Origin: Mobula hypostoma
Taxonomy: Eukaryota
Assembly (NCBI RefSeq): GCF_963921235.1
Contig: NC_086124.1
Location: forward strand, 28,086,001 to 28,150,000
Reading direction: 5' to 3'
Length of the DNA stretch: 64,000 nt
Below the pieces are notes generated by a model, which saw nothing but the letters and a program-made list of their open reading frames with translations, did not search any database and had not been told where the DNA came from. The position numbers and the translations under genes were made by a program. Below, in pieces: positions 37,358-49,691 of the stretch (position 1 is the stretch's first letter; each line of letters opens with the position of its first letter).

Positions 37358-38871
37358 TGTCATAGTCCGGTCCGTGAATTCCGTGTTCTGGTTGACGGTC
37401 CGGTCCATGGTTCCTTGTTCCGGGGTTTCTGGTTTTCCCCAGTTTCTGTTGTCGGCACATGTTTCTCATTATGAGGCTGAGACATAAATACCTCTGCAAA
37501 GCAGGGATTCCCTGCTGGACTGTTCTGTTCCCCTCTCTGTCTTTTCCCCCCTCGCCTGACTCTCTGCCTGGATGCCTCGCCTGACTCTCTGCCTGCTCAC
37601 TTAGATTGGATAACCCGCCTGTATCACTGAAGTCTTACTGCTGGAGCAAGACCGGAGCCTTGTTAGGTCAAGGTAAGGAACTGCCTTTTATTGTGTGGAA
37701 TTGTCTCTCTGCGTCCACGCCTTCGCTAGATAGGTCCGGCCGTTTGCTGCCACCTTGTGTTAAGATCTGTCTCCTCATGTTCAGTGCTCTGTGTATGAGT
37801 CCCGGCCCCACGTCCTGTTCCCAAGGAGGGGTCCCAGCTCTGTGTTCTGTGCTCTTGTCTCTTCTAGTCCAAGGCTCCGTGCTCCAGAAGGACCTCGTCC
37901 AGTCTCTGCCCAGTCCAGCCCTATCTGAGTCCTGTCCATGTGCCTTTGCCTGTCCTTGTGTCTTGCCCTACCCAGGAGTTCCTCACCCAAGCCATGTCCA
38001 GTCCTGTAGCCTCCTCTTGTCCTCGCCTAGTTCTGGAGTCTGAGCCCGAGTCAAGTCCTAGTTTCTGGGTCCTTGCCCAGTCTCTGGCTCGATGTCCATA
38101 CCCAAGATTCCGCATGTCAAAACCAAAGACCCCAGCCTAAAGGCCTCAAGACCAAAGACCCGAAGCCTGTCTCCAAGCTCAAGCCTCAAGACCTCAAGCC
38201 TATCTCCAAGCTCAAGCCTCAAGACCTCAAGCCTGTCTCCAAGCTCAAGCCTCGATAACCCAAGCCTGCCTCCAAGCTCAAGCCTCAAGACCTCAAGCCT
38301 GTCTCCAAGCTGAAGCCTCGAGAACCCAAGCCTGTCTCCAAGCTGAAGCCTCGAGAACCCAAGCCTGTCTCCAAGCTGAAGCCTCGAGAACCCAAGCCTG
38401 TCTCCAAGCTGAAGCCTCGAGAACCCAAGCCTGTCTCCAAGCTGAAGCCTCGAGAACCCAAGCCTGTCTCCAAGCTGAAGCCTCGAGAACCCAAGCCTGT
38501 CTCCAAGCTGAAGCCTCGAGAACCCAAGCCTGTCTCCAAGCTGAAGCCTCGAGAACCCAAGCCTGTCTCCAAGCTGAAGCCTCGAGACCCCAAGCCTGTC
38601 TCCAAGCTCAAGTCTCAAGCGTCAAGCCCCCAGCCTCCAGTCCTGCAGTCATGTCATGTCCCTGCCTGGTTCTGGGGCCCGAGCCCGAGGCGAGACCCAG
38701 GATCTGAGTCCTTGTCCGGTCGCTTGCTCGGGGTCCAAACCCTAGTCTACGTTCTTGTCCCTGCTCCTTGACTGTATCTTGTCATGTCCCTATTCTAGTC
38801 AAGTCCTGTTCTTTGTACTTTAGTGTCTGTGTCTTGCATTTTGATCCGCTACCAGTGCCCCCACTGTGACA
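37358..38871 (+). mobile_element. Solo LTR (1514 bp) with 5-bp TSD TGCTC and an internal tandem array
   Basis: TGTCA...TGACA termini; TGCTC at 37353-37357 and 38872-38876. Confidence 0.8.
38135..38610. repeat. 33-bp tandem array inside the LTR (about 14 units)
   Basis: Unit ccaagcctgtctccaagctgaagcctcgagaac; homogeneous in the 3' part; gives the 11-aa repeat ORFs in the track. Confidence 0.95.
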
Positions 38872-40299
38872 TGCTCTGAATTTCCAGCATCCAAAGAAGC
38901 TCTTGGGTTTATGATGGGTTTATGATTCGATATGTGTTTCGAGGTACATGTGACAAGTGAGGCTAATCTTTAGATCATTTAATCTTTCATGGCCCAAACA
39001 CCTTTTAAATATCATAACTATACCTGCTTCAAACATTCCTCTGCCAGCTTATTCCCCATAACTACATGATTTCGTGTTGGACAAGTTTCTCCTCAGATCC
39101 TTTATAAGTCTTTCTTTCTCACTCTCTCACTTCCACCCAACCTGGAGAAAAAGATTGTATGCTCCTTCTCTCTGTCCCTCACGACTTCACAGAACATTAC
39201 AGCACAGACGGGCCCTTTGGCACAAGATGTTGTGCAGACCATCAAACCTGCTCCTAGATCAATCTACATCTACACATGAAACACTGGGGCAGAAACGTTC
39301 TTCAAAAGGAAGTTCAGTAGATGTTCCTCCTACTTTATTTAAATCTGTTGCATTTCACCCTTCCTGTTATTCAGAGGATTCACGCATGAGTCATCTCATA
39401 ATCTTTTCTCTGCTTAGTGTTTTACCCAGGACTTCAGACCAGAGTCACACTGAATCCTTTAGCCTGGCCAGAGGAAAATCCAGTATTTTCCACTTTTGAG
39501 TAACACACACACAAAATTCCAGAAGAACTCAGTGGCTACAGGAATAAGAGTTGATATTTTGGGCCAAGACCCTTCATAGGGCTCCCATTTTTCCAGTTTT
39601 GTAAATTGCTGGGAGTTAATCTACCAAAATGGACGTTAAGTATGTGATGCTACTTTTCTACACTTAAATTGTGGACTCATGGGTTCTCAGAGAAGAATCC
39701 GGAACACTGGTGACACATTGGATTTACTATGTACGTATGCCGACAAGGAAATGAATCTCAGAGTTCTGTATGGTGACATATATGTACTTTAATAATACAT
39801 CTACTTTGAGCCTTGAACAAGGGACATATGATAGAAAAGAAACCAGATCTTATTGAGTAACTGCTGCTCTCCGCTCAAAAAATTATTGTTATGTGGATAA
39901 TCCAGTGTAGTTGGTTGTAAGGATATTTCAATGAGACTACTTCCTGGTTGAACAAAGGAACACAGCTTGAGAAATCCCCCAGGTCAGGTTCAGTGCATTT
40001 CAGTGTGCTGCAGAATATAATTTTGTGTCTTGGGCACAGAGCCAACACGAGACCTCCCATGTGAAACTTCCCCAAAGCTGAGTTAAGTTCCTCATCTCCC
40101 CAAAGAATGCACAGAATTTAAAATATGCAAATTTATGGAGGATGGAACTGGAAATTTATGTAATATATAGTGTGGCTTGCCATCTTTCTTCCACTTCGAA
40201 ATTGGTAAATTGGTTGATTATTGTTTATTGTTATAGGTTTATCGTTTATTTAGTGATAAGTAGTTTAGGCCCTTCTCCTTTGAGCTGTGCCATCCAGAA

Positions 40300-40435
40300 A
40301 CCCCATTTTAATGCTAGTCTAATCACAGGACAATTTACAAATTAACCTACCAACCAGTAGGTCTGGGGACAGTGGGAGAAAACCAGAGCACCCAGAGGAA
40401 ACCCACATGGTCACAAGGAGAACGTACAAACTTCA
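40300..40435 (-). mobile_element. V-SINE fragment
   Basis: gggagaaaaccagagcacccagaggaaacccac is the reverse complement of the V-SINE core. Confidence 0.55.
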
Positions 40436-40439
40436 AGGT

Positions 40440-41372
40440 GCATATGCTGTGCATTCAAGATGCTCTTTTGCACACTGCTGTTTTAATGTGTGGTTATTTG
40501 ACTCACTGTTGTCTTCCTGTCAGTATGAACCAGTCTGGCCGTTCTCCTCTGACCTCTCTCATTAACAAATTATGATTATGATTATGAGGACACGCAGTCC
40601 CCTTTTACTGTCATTTAGTAATGCATGAATTAAGAAACGATAAAAATGTTTTTCCAGAAAGATATCACAAAAACACGTGGCAAACCAACTTAAAAACTAA
40701 TAAAAACCACATAATTATAACACGTAGTTACAACAGTGCAAAGCAATACCGTAATTTGATAAGAACAGACCATGGCACAGTAAAAGTCACAGAGTCTCTT
40801 GAAAGTCCCATCATCTCACGCAGATGGTAAACCTCTAGCGCTGTCAACTTGACGATGCAGCATCCCGGAAGCATCCGACCACAGTCCGACTCCGAGTCCG
40901 TCCGAACAACTCCGATCCTCTGACCACCTATTCGACACCGAGCACCAAGCACCATCTCTGCCGAGCATTTCGACCCTGGCCCCGGCAACAGGCGATAGGC
41001 AAAGCCGAGGATTTGGGGCCTTCGTCTCCGGAGATTCCCGATCGCACAGTAGCAGCGGCAGTGAAGAGGCATTTCAGAAGTTAATCCAGATGTTCCTCTG
41101 CGCTTTCACCCACAGAACTGCCACTCCACTGCTGTTCCTTGGACCAGTTTTTGTAAACTCTAGAGACTTGTATGTGAAAATCCCAGGAGATCAGCAGTTT
41201 CTGAGATACTCAAACCACCCCATCTGGTACCAACAGTCAAAGTCACTTAGATCACATTTCTTCCCCCATTCTGATGTTTGGTCTGAACAAAAACACATGC
41301 ATTGAGCTGCTGTCAAATGATGGGCTGGTTAGATATTTGCATTAAAGTACCTAATAAAGTGGCCCCTGAGTG
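40440..41372 (+). mobile_element. Non-autonomous Tc1-like element interrupted by a LINE 3'-UTR fragment
   Basis: Shared internal gaaccagtctggcc.ttctcctctgacctctctcattaac and terminal ctaataaagtggcccctgagtg; related pieces at about 11350-11485, 50055-50420, 51240-51370, 56803-57300 and 57790-59925. Confidence 0.55.
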
Positions 41373-44300
41373 AATATCAAGCATTCACTGGAAACATGCG
41401 CAATATGTTGTGTGGCTTGTCCATGTTTCTCCCACACTGAAATTGTCATGTGACCCCAAGCACAGAATCAGGTTTATTATCACTGACATGTGTCGTGAAA
41501 GCGATTGTTTTGCAACAGCAGAACATTGCAATGCATAAATAATGTTATAGATTTCAATATATAAATGACAATACATTAAAATAAATAAGTAGAGAGAAAA
41601 GGCAGCAAAATAGTATTCATGAGGTAATGGACCATTTGGAAATGTGGTGGAGGGGGAGAAGAAGCTGTTCCTAAAACATTGAGCGTGTGCCTTCAGGTCC
41701 GTGTACCTCCTCTCCGATGGTAGCAATGAGAAGAGGGTGCGTCCTGGGTGATGGGGTCCTTAGTGACGGATGCCACCCTTTTCAGGCATTGCCTTTTGAA
41801 GATGACCTCAAACATCTTGAAAGCAGTGGGAAAATTTGGTTTTGCCTGCCACACCAGCAAACTATATATCACATCAGCACACTGAGATGGTACAAGGGGA
41901 AAGCAATCACACAATGAAGAGTAGGGTCTTCCAGTAACAGAGAAAACACAGCACAGGCAACAACCAGAGAGATTATGAGGTCCAGATTCCACCTCATCTG
42001 ACTAGAGGGCCATTCAATGGCCTTATAACCAGGATGGACTCTGTCCGTGAGCCCGGTAGTGCATGCTTTCAGGCTTTTGCCCAATGGAGAGGGGAGAAGA
42101 GAGAATGTCTGGTGTGGGTGGGGTCCTTGGTTATGCTGGCTGTTTTGCTGAAGCTGCGAGCAGTGTATGGAGGAGAAGCCGCTTTCCGCGATGTGCTGAG
42201 TTGTGGCCCGCAGCTCCACAGTTTCTTGCAGTCACGTGCAGAGCCGTTGCCCCATCAAGCCATGATGGCATTCTCTGGTGCTGTTGATTACGAGGGTAGA
42301 ACGGTCACTCGAGTCGGGTATGACACTCTCCAAAGGGGTTATTCCCTTAATGGAGCACAGCTATGTGTGGCATTGTTCGACGTGGAGATGCTGATGCACG
42401 GTCATTGACAGATTCAGGTCAGGGTCCAGTGGCGTGGAGTGCAAGGCGACTGGAGACCCATCACTGCTACAGCCATCCCCGGCCCTCACTGTCATTGTGA
42501 TGTGTCTTTATCTTCCGCCAGCCCTACAACTGAGGTCTTAGTTGCATCGCTCTTTGTCTGGAACTTTTCCGTTAACCTTACCACCGTGGGTGACCCTATC
42601 AGGGCCTAAGCTCCAGGCGGCATTACCCTCAGGACCTCAGGAACTCACGAGCCTCCCCACCATGATAAGGTGACGACCCTCGGAGAGGGTCAAAAGGGAC
42701 ACGCTAGATTTCTTTAGCCTCCTGAGGAAACAGAGGCATTGGTGAGTGCTCTTGGCCTTGGTGTTTAGGTGGTTGGACAAGGATAGAACATTAGTGATGT
42801 TCACACCTAGGAACATGAAGCTGTTAACCCTCTGAGCTTCAGTACCAATGAGGTACACAAGAACATGTGCCCCACCCTCTTTCCTGATGTTACTGACAAA
42901 GCCTTTTGTTCTGCTGACAGTCAGGGAGAGGCTGTCGTCACGACTCCATGCCACTAGGCTCTCTTGTATCTTCCTCTCCTCCCCCTCATTGCTTTTTGAG
43001 GTTCAGCCCACTACAATGGTGTCTCCCTGAAACCTGTAGATGGAGTAACACAGACTGTGGCCGCACAGTTGTGAGTGTACAAGAAACAGAGAAGGAGGCT
43101 GAGGCCACAGCCTAGTGAGATTCCAGAGAAGGTAGTCACCTCATCCCTGGTTTCTTACACCACCCAGTCCATTGTCGGCAGCTCTTAAGAATTATCACCT
43201 GTAATATCTGCGCCTCTCTGCTCCTCTAAGTAGCTTAGTTACCTCTTCCTTCAAACATCTGTTGACCTTTGCAACTTTTGCCATTGGCATCTCAACATCA
43301 CATTTCAAAGGTGCATTGAATGTCAGAGGAATGTAAACAATATACACCCTGAAACTCCCTTTCTTTGCAAACAGAGGAGTTCCCCAAAGAATGAATGCCG
43401 GTTAAATGTTAGAACCCCAAAGCCCACCCCCCAGCTCACCCCTCCCACGCATAAGCAGCAGCAAGGCAACATCACCCCTCTCCCCCACCAGTAAAAAAGA
43501 TTTACCACCCCCACGAAGAACTCAAGTGTGCAGCAAAGCATCAATAAAGACACGGACTTGCAGTACCCCAAAGACTACTCATTCACCCCGTATTCGACAT
43601 ACCGCGGGCTCTCTCTCTCTCTCTCATAAGGGGAAAAGAGGTGTCCCCGTTTCACAGTGAGAGGAGAGGTATAATAAACAACATACTTAAAAGTCAGCTG
43701 CAACACACATAAGAGTTGCTGGTGAACGCAGCAGGCCAGGCAGCATCTCCAAGAAGAGGTACAGTCGACCTTTTGGGCCAAGACTATTCGTCAGGACTAA
43801 ATGAAAGAAAAGCTAGTAATAGATTTGAAAGTGGGAGGGGGAGGGGGAGGTCCAATATGACAGCAGAAGACAGCAGGGAGAGGGATGGTGCCAAGAGCTA
43901 AAGTTGATTTGTGGAAGGGATATGAGACGATCATGGGATAGGAGGCCTAGGGAGAAAGAAAACGGGAAGGTGTATGCCCAGAGGATGGGCAAGGGGTATA
44001 GTGAGAGGGACAGAGGGAGACTTTACCGGCTCAGGGGATCTCCCATCCACTGCTACCAACCTTATAGTTCCCAAAACCACGCACTTCCCATTTCTACCTC
44101 CCACCCGAGATCCACAAACCTGCCTGTCCAGGTAGACCCATTGTCTGTTTTCTCCTTCCCCACCGAAATCATTTCTGCATACCTCGACACTGTTTTATCC
44201 CCCATTGTTCAATCCCTTCCTACCTATGTTCGTGACACTTCTCATGCTCTGAAACCTTTCGATGATTTTAAGTTCCCTGGCCCCCACCACTTTATTTTCA

Positions 44301-45743
44301 CCATGGATGTCCAGTCCCTATATACTTTCATCCCCAATCAGGAAGGTCTCAAAGCTCTCCGCTTTTTTTTTTGGATTCCAGATCTAACCAGTTCCCCTCT
44401 ACCACCACTCTGCTCCATCTAGCAGAATTAGTCCTTACTCTTAATAATTTCTCCTTTGGCTCCTCCCACTTCCTCCAAACTAAAAGTGTAGCTATGGGCA
44501 CCCGTATGGGTCTCAGCTATGCCTGCCTTTTTGTTGGCTTTGTGGAACAATCTATGTCCCAAACCTATTCTGGTATCTGTCCCCCACTTTTCCTTCGCTA
44601 CATCGACGACTGCATTGGCGCTACTTCCTGCACGCATGCTGAGCTCGTTGACTTCATTAACTTTGCCTCCAACTTTCACCCTGCCCTCAAGTTTACCTGG
44701 TCCATTTCCTACACCTCCTTCCCCTTTCTGTATCTTTCTGTGTCTATCTCTGGAGACAACTTATCTATTGATGTCTACTATAAGCCTATTGACTCTCACA
44801 GCTACCTGGACTATTCCTCTTCCCACCCTGTCTCTTCCAAAAATGCCATCCCCTTCTCACAATTCCTCCGCCTCCGCCGCATCTGCTCTCAGGATGAGGC
44901 TTTTCATTCCAGGACCAAGGAGATGTCCTCCTTTCTTTTTAAAGAAAAGGGCTTCCCTTCCTCGACTATCAACTCTGCTGTCAAATGCATCTCCCCCATT
45001 TCACGCATATCTGCTCTTTCTCCATCCTTCCGCCACCCGACTAGGAATAGCGTTCACCTTGTCCTCACTTACCACCCCACTAGCCTCCGGATCCAACATA
45101 TAATTCCCCGTAACTTCCGCCACCTCCAACGGGATCCCACCACTAAGCACATCTCCCGCCGCGCCCCCCCCCGTTTCCACAGTGATCGCTCCCTACGCGA
45201 CTCCCTTGTCGACTGGTCCTCCCCCCATCCCTCCCCACCGATCTCCCTCCTGGCACTTATCCTTGTAAGCAGGATCTCCCACTGGCCACACATTTTAATT
45301 CCACGTCCCATTCCCATTCTGATATGTCTATCCACGGCCTCCTCTACTGTAAAGACGAAGCCACACTCAGGTTGGAGGAACAACAGCTTATATTCCGTCT
45401 GGGTAGCCTCCAACCTGATGGCATGAACATTGACTTCTCAAACTTCCGCTACTGCCCCACCTCCCCCTCGTACCCCATCCGTTATTGATTTATATACACA
45501 CATTTTTCTCTCTCTCCTTTTTCTCCCTCTGTCCCTCTGACTTTACCCCTTGCCCATCCTCTGGGCTTCCCCCCTCCACCTTTCTTTCTCCCTAGGCCTC
45601 CTGTCCCATGATCCTCTCATATCCCTTTTACCAATCAACTATCCAGCTCTTCGTTCCATCCCACCCCCTCCTGTCTTCTCCTATCATTTTGGATCTCCCC
45701 CTCGCCCTCCCACTTCCAAATCTCTTACTAGCTTCTTTTCAGT

Positions 45744-45781
45744 TAGTCCTGACGAAGGGTCTCGGCCCGAAACGTCGAACG
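45744..45781 (+). ncRNA. Hammerhead motif in the PLE tail (stem I weakened)
   Basis: TAGTC-CTGACGA-AGGGTCTCGGCCC-GAAA-CGTC-GAACG: core intact, 3' arm of stem I mutated. Confidence 0.55.
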
Positions 45782-45844
45782 TACCTCTTTCTAGAGATGC
45801 TGCCTGGCCTGCTGCGTTCACCAGCAACTCTTATGTGTGTTGCT

Positions 45845-46076
45845 TGTGATGCACCATCAATAACTCCAAAAGACTGGAAGTAGAGTAAATACTGAAAGGC
45901 TTTTATTAGCAGTAAAGTGTGACCTCCACCATGCTGAGTATCTGCCCCTGGCCTGAGAGGAGGAGCAGTGACACAATCGCCTTTATTCAGGGGTCTCTGG
46001 GAGGAACCACAGGAGCAGTCAGCAGAGGGGCGTGTCCAGACAGGTAACCCAGTTACAATATATATGGTTTACCACA
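45845..46076 (-). mobile_element. Short solo LTR (232 bp) nested in the PLE tail
   Basis: TGTG...CACA interrupts gtgttgcttgaaattcc, with gct(t) duplicated on both sides. Confidence 0.6.
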
Positions 46077-46839
46077 GCTTGAAATTCCAACATCTGCAGA
46101 TTTCCTTTTTTTGCATTTTTAAAAGTCCACTGTGTTGCTTTTTCCGTGCTCTGTGCCCTTTGGTCTCCCACAACACACCAGGCACCGGCACCGACCTCGA
46201 ATCCGCCTGCCTCCAGAGCCACCGGAATCCGGCACACCAAAGGTGCGCGAGTCTTCCAGGCCGCGTCCGTGGCATATCAAAAAGCAGCCAGTCGTGAGAC
46301 CCCGAGAGCAGGTCCCATTCCCACAAAGAACCGAAGTCAGCGTGTCACTCCAGGTCAGGATCTTCAAAAGAACCCTGAAAAGGGAAAAAAAGAAATAGAG
46401 CTCTTTCCAAAGATGCAAGCAAAGAAGTCGTCATTAGGTACCATCGGCCTCCTGAGCGTTTGATGACACATTTAATTGACATGGAATGTCTTCAAAGATG
46501 CTACATAAATGTAAGACACACAAACTGCCGGAGGAACCCATCAGGTCAGGCAATGTCTAGAGAGGGAAATGGACAATCAACATCTCACACCGAGAACCTT
46601 CACCAGGACTGGAAAGGAAGGTGGGGGGGGTGGTGGGGGGAAGCCAGAATAAGAAGGTGGGAGGTGGGGAAGGTGAACATGCTTGCAGGTGATAGGTGAG
46701 ACCAGGAAAGGGGGAAGGTGGATGGGATGGGTTCAGGTGTTAGGATAAGAAGCTGGAAGGTGATTGGTGGAAGCGGTTAAGGCTGAAGAAGCAGGAATCT
46801 GATAAGAATGGAAAATGGAGCAACCTCACACCTTCCCCT

Positions 46840-47400
46840 TCATCTGGCATACCCCCATCCACTACCCACCTGTCTACCATCCAAACACCTGCTATCCCTT
46901 CTGACCTGGTAGCCCCCTTCCACACAACCACCCCCCCCCAGACACAAACACTATCCTTATCACCTGGTATATTCCTTCTATCACCCACCTTATTGCTGAA
47001 CTGATATTCCATCCACCCACCTTCTCCCTCACCTGCTTTCACCCCATTCCACCTCCTTTCTCACCTGGCATCCCACCCACCCACCAACTTCCCCCCAGTT
47101 GGTATCCCACCCAAACACCTACCTCCTCCCTCACTTGGTATCCCACCCACACACCTACCTCCCCCTCACCTGGTGTCCCACCCACCCATTTCCCCCTCAC
47201 CTGGTATTCCACCTATCTTCCCCCTTACCTGGTACCTTACCCACACACCTACCTCCCCCTCACCTGGTGTTCCACTCACACACCTACCTCCCCCTCACCT
47301 GGTATCTCACCCACATACCTACTTCCCCCTCACCTGGTGTCCCACTCACACACCTACCTCCCCCTCACCTGTTATTTCCCGACCCCATCCACGCTCCTCT
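46840..47400. repeat. C-rich degenerate minisatellite (about 36-bp unit)
   Basis: Recurring cacctacctccccctcacctggtatcccacccac. Confidence 0.8.
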
Positions 47401-47449
47401 CAGCTGGTATCCCAATCACCTTTCGTCTAGTGTTGTTGAGTCTCATTGA

Positions 47450-47830
47450 GAATAAAGCGCCATGTGGAAACAGAGGCGTTCCCTCCCGCCTCGCCCCGCC
47501 TGTCTGTGGCAGCGGCCGCCCACTCAACCGGGGAAACTTCTACATCGATCGCCTCCCGTTACGGGACCTGCCGGCTGGCGATCGGTTTCGCGCGTCGAGG
47601 CTGTGTGACAAGGTCCTCAGCCTTCGGCGAAAGGGATGTGGGGAATGATGCCGTCTCCGCGAACCGTGAGCCAGCTGCTCCTCCCGCTGTCTCAGGAGCC
47701 GCCGGCCGGCGTGAGGCGACGCCGCTCTCCCTCTCTGCTCGCCGCCTTCCTCCTCCTCCTCAACGGCTCCACTGCCCTGGGTGAGGAGCGCAGCGCAGCA
47801 GGGATGGGAGGGGGCACCGATGGAGCGTAG
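47450..47830 (+). promoter_or_regulatory. CpG-island-like promoter region of the MHC-family gene
   Basis: Dense CpG and high GC versus the CpG-poor surroundings; GC-box-like ccccgcc; spans the leader exon. Confidence 0.6.
47645..47780 (+). CDS. MHC class II-architecture gene (candidate W-category beta), exon 1: leader
   Basis: MMPSPRTVSQLLLPLSQEPPAGVRRRRSPSLLAAFLLLLNGSTAL-G|gtgagg: basic n-region, hydrophobic core, phase-1 donor. Confidence 0.75.
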
Positions 47831-48790
47831 GGAGGTAGAGGGGGGTCGGGACACTGAGGGAGGGTGGGCAAGAGAGGGAAGAGGGCAACCAGGGAGGGAG
47901 GGTAAAGGTCTCAAGGGAAGGGGAGACCTCGCTGAAGGAAGGTGGAGAGAGTAGCACCAAGGGAGGGTGGGGAGGAGAACTGAGGGAGAGTTAAGAGGGG
48001 AGAGGAGGGGAATGAGTACCGATGGAGGGTGGGGAGGAGAGGGGAGTGACATTGAGGCAGGGTGGGGAGTGAGCACCAAAGGAGGGTGGAGAGCTGAGGG
48101 GAAGGGTGCCAATGGAGGGTGGGGAGGGGGTGCCAAGGGAAGGTGGGGAGGAGCGGGTTCCAATGGAGGGTAGTGGAGTGGGCACCATGGGATGGGAGGG
48201 AGTTCCAAAGGAGAGGAGAGAGGGCAGCGAATGGGCATAGGAAGGGAAGGAGGCACAGAGAGAGAACAGGTAGAGAGGGAGTGAAGGTGAATTGAGTATT
48301 GTTGAGGGGTTGGCGGAAGGGGAGGGGATATTGGGGATGGGTGTGTGGGAACGGAAATAGGGTGCCAAAGGTGTGTGGGGAGGGAGAGGGGTGCTAAGGG
48401 TGGGACTGAAGGCTGAGGAGTGGAGTTGTTGGGGTGCAGAGAGTGGGGAGGATAGAGGGCACGGAGATTAGGAGGAGAGGGGGCCATGGGTGAGTGGGTG
48501 GGGAGGGACTGCCAAAGATGTTTGGGGAGGGAAGTAGTCACTGAGGGTGGGTAGGGAGAGAGGGGGTGGGTGGAGAGTTGGGTGTGGACAGTGAGGAGAG
48601 ATGTCTGTGGGGAGAGGTGTTGAGGGAAGGGCACTTCAGTGGCGAGGAGGGGTTTGGGCGAAGAGGTGGGTGAGGACGTGGGCATCGAACTGAGGAAGAG
48701 GTGGGTGGGGACGTGGGCATCGAACTGAGGAAGAGGTGGGTGGGGATGTGGGCATCGAGCTGAGGAAGAGGTGGGTGCCAAGAGTGAGGG
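47790..48790. repeat. G/purine-rich low-complexity tract in intron 1, including an about 36-bp repeat x3
   Basis: Runs of GGG/GAGG; gaggaagaggtgggtggggacgtgggcatcgaact repeated at about 48655-48777. Confidence 0.85.
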
Positions 48791-49012
48791 TGAAGGGTCA
48801 GCAGTACCAACACCAAATCCCAGCTATTGGAGTTTTACGGTGGGAGGGAGAGGTGGCTCTGGAGGAGTGGCACCTGTTGCCGTCAGAATGGTGAGGTATC
48901 CACAGAAGGGAGAGACAAATTTGTTCTTTCAGGTTGATTAATTTTAAGGTTTTAAAATGAACCATTTCACTCTCACAAATGGCTAACGGATTGATTATTA
49001 TTCGCTTGCCAG

Positions 49013-49270
49013 GAATGCACATCGGTCAAGTGATTTTCTCTGCTAAAGGTTCGGAGTTATCAACGGCTACCATGCAGTTTGCTTACAATGGCGAAGCGGC
49101 TGTTTGCTATAATTATACAACAGGAAAGTTTGTGGCCATCAATCCAATTGCAAAGCCTTACACGGACAAACTGAACCACAAAACAGAGGGTACCAAATAT
49201 GTTACCTACTCTGTTAATATCATGCCTTTTGTCATGGAGATAGTTCAACTGGTTGTTCAAGCTCTGGCTG
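49013..49270 (+). CDS. Exon 2: groove-type beta1 / class I alpha2-like domain (86 codons)
   Basis: ttgccag|GA ATG..GCT G|gtaagt, phase 1-1. GMHIGQ..MQFAYNGEAAVCYNYTTGKFVAINPIAKPYTDKLNH..; canonical Cys pair absent; one NYT sequon. Confidence 0.85.
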
Positions 49271-49291
49271 GTAAGTTTATTTTCACAAAAA

Positions 49292-49560
49292 AAATCTGCA
49301 GATGCTGGAAATCCAAGCAGCACACACGAAGTGCTGGAGGAGCTCAGCAGGCCAGGCAGCATCTATGGAAAAGAGTAGAGACGACGTTTCGGGCTGAGAC
49401 CGTTCATCAGGACTGGAGAAACAAGTTGAGGAGTCAGAGTTAGGAGGTGGAGAGGGGTGAAGTAAGGAGCTGGGGAGTTGTTTGGGAAAAGATGTGCAGG
49501 GCTGGAGAAGGAGGAATCTGATAGGAGAGGACAGAAGGGCATGGAAGAAAGAAAGGGGGG
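49292..49560 (-). mobile_element. PLE tail in intron 2 with partly decayed hammerhead (49378-49415)
   Basis: Minus strand CAGTC-CTGATGA-ACGGTCTCAGCCC-GAAA-CGTC-GTCTC. Confidence 0.65.
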
Positions 49561-49691
49561 AAGCACCATTGTATTATTATTGTATAATGTACACATGCTT
49601 TAATAATAAACATACTTTGAAATTCTGTTACTCTTTACTTTTTCTGATCCTGTAACCAAGTTCAGCTTCAATGTGTTTCTGTCCACTGCAG

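Larger units (their letters stand above)
43700..46110 (+). mobile_element. Penelope-like element with inverted terminal repeats (43700-44020 versus 45522-45843); RT region open, GIY-YIG deleted
   Basis: PTEIISAYLD..YVRDTSH..TMDVQSLYT..LAELVLTLNNFSF..AMGTRMG..RYIDD. The sequence jumps from the PCK linker directly to QDLP.ATHFN. The tail continues past a nested LTR to about 46110. Confidence 0.85.

Noticed and set aside
38058-38618. 186-aa repetitive ORF (RLQLGDRLGFS)n and overlapping frames
   Set aside because: A by-product of a 33-bp tandem array inside a TSD-flanked LTR. It is not a CRISPR array either, because there are no unique spacers.
39875-40075. Minus-strand peptide TLKCTEPDLGDFSSCV..FNQE as a possible head-to-head WA exon
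   Set aside because: The resemblance is weak, the acceptor phase is wrong, a stop follows, and no matching Ig or TM exon was found.
42100-42170. Gly-rich SGVGGVLGYAG as a TM exon
   Set aside because: It lies within the reverse complement of a Rex/Babar LINE 3' end.
47545-47620. NF-kB, ISRE or X-box-like sites in the MHC promoter, including the tcccgt-t-acggga palindrome
   Set aside because: Matches to consensus are partial, and no correctly spaced S-X-Y module is visible.
47540-48781. 413-aa Pro-rich minus-strand ORF
   Set aside because: Translation of the low-complexity G-rich intron; no domain features.
48979-49443. Track ORF as a single 154-aa protein
   Set aside because: It reads through splice sites; only 49013-49270 is MHC-like and the remainder is a PLE tail.
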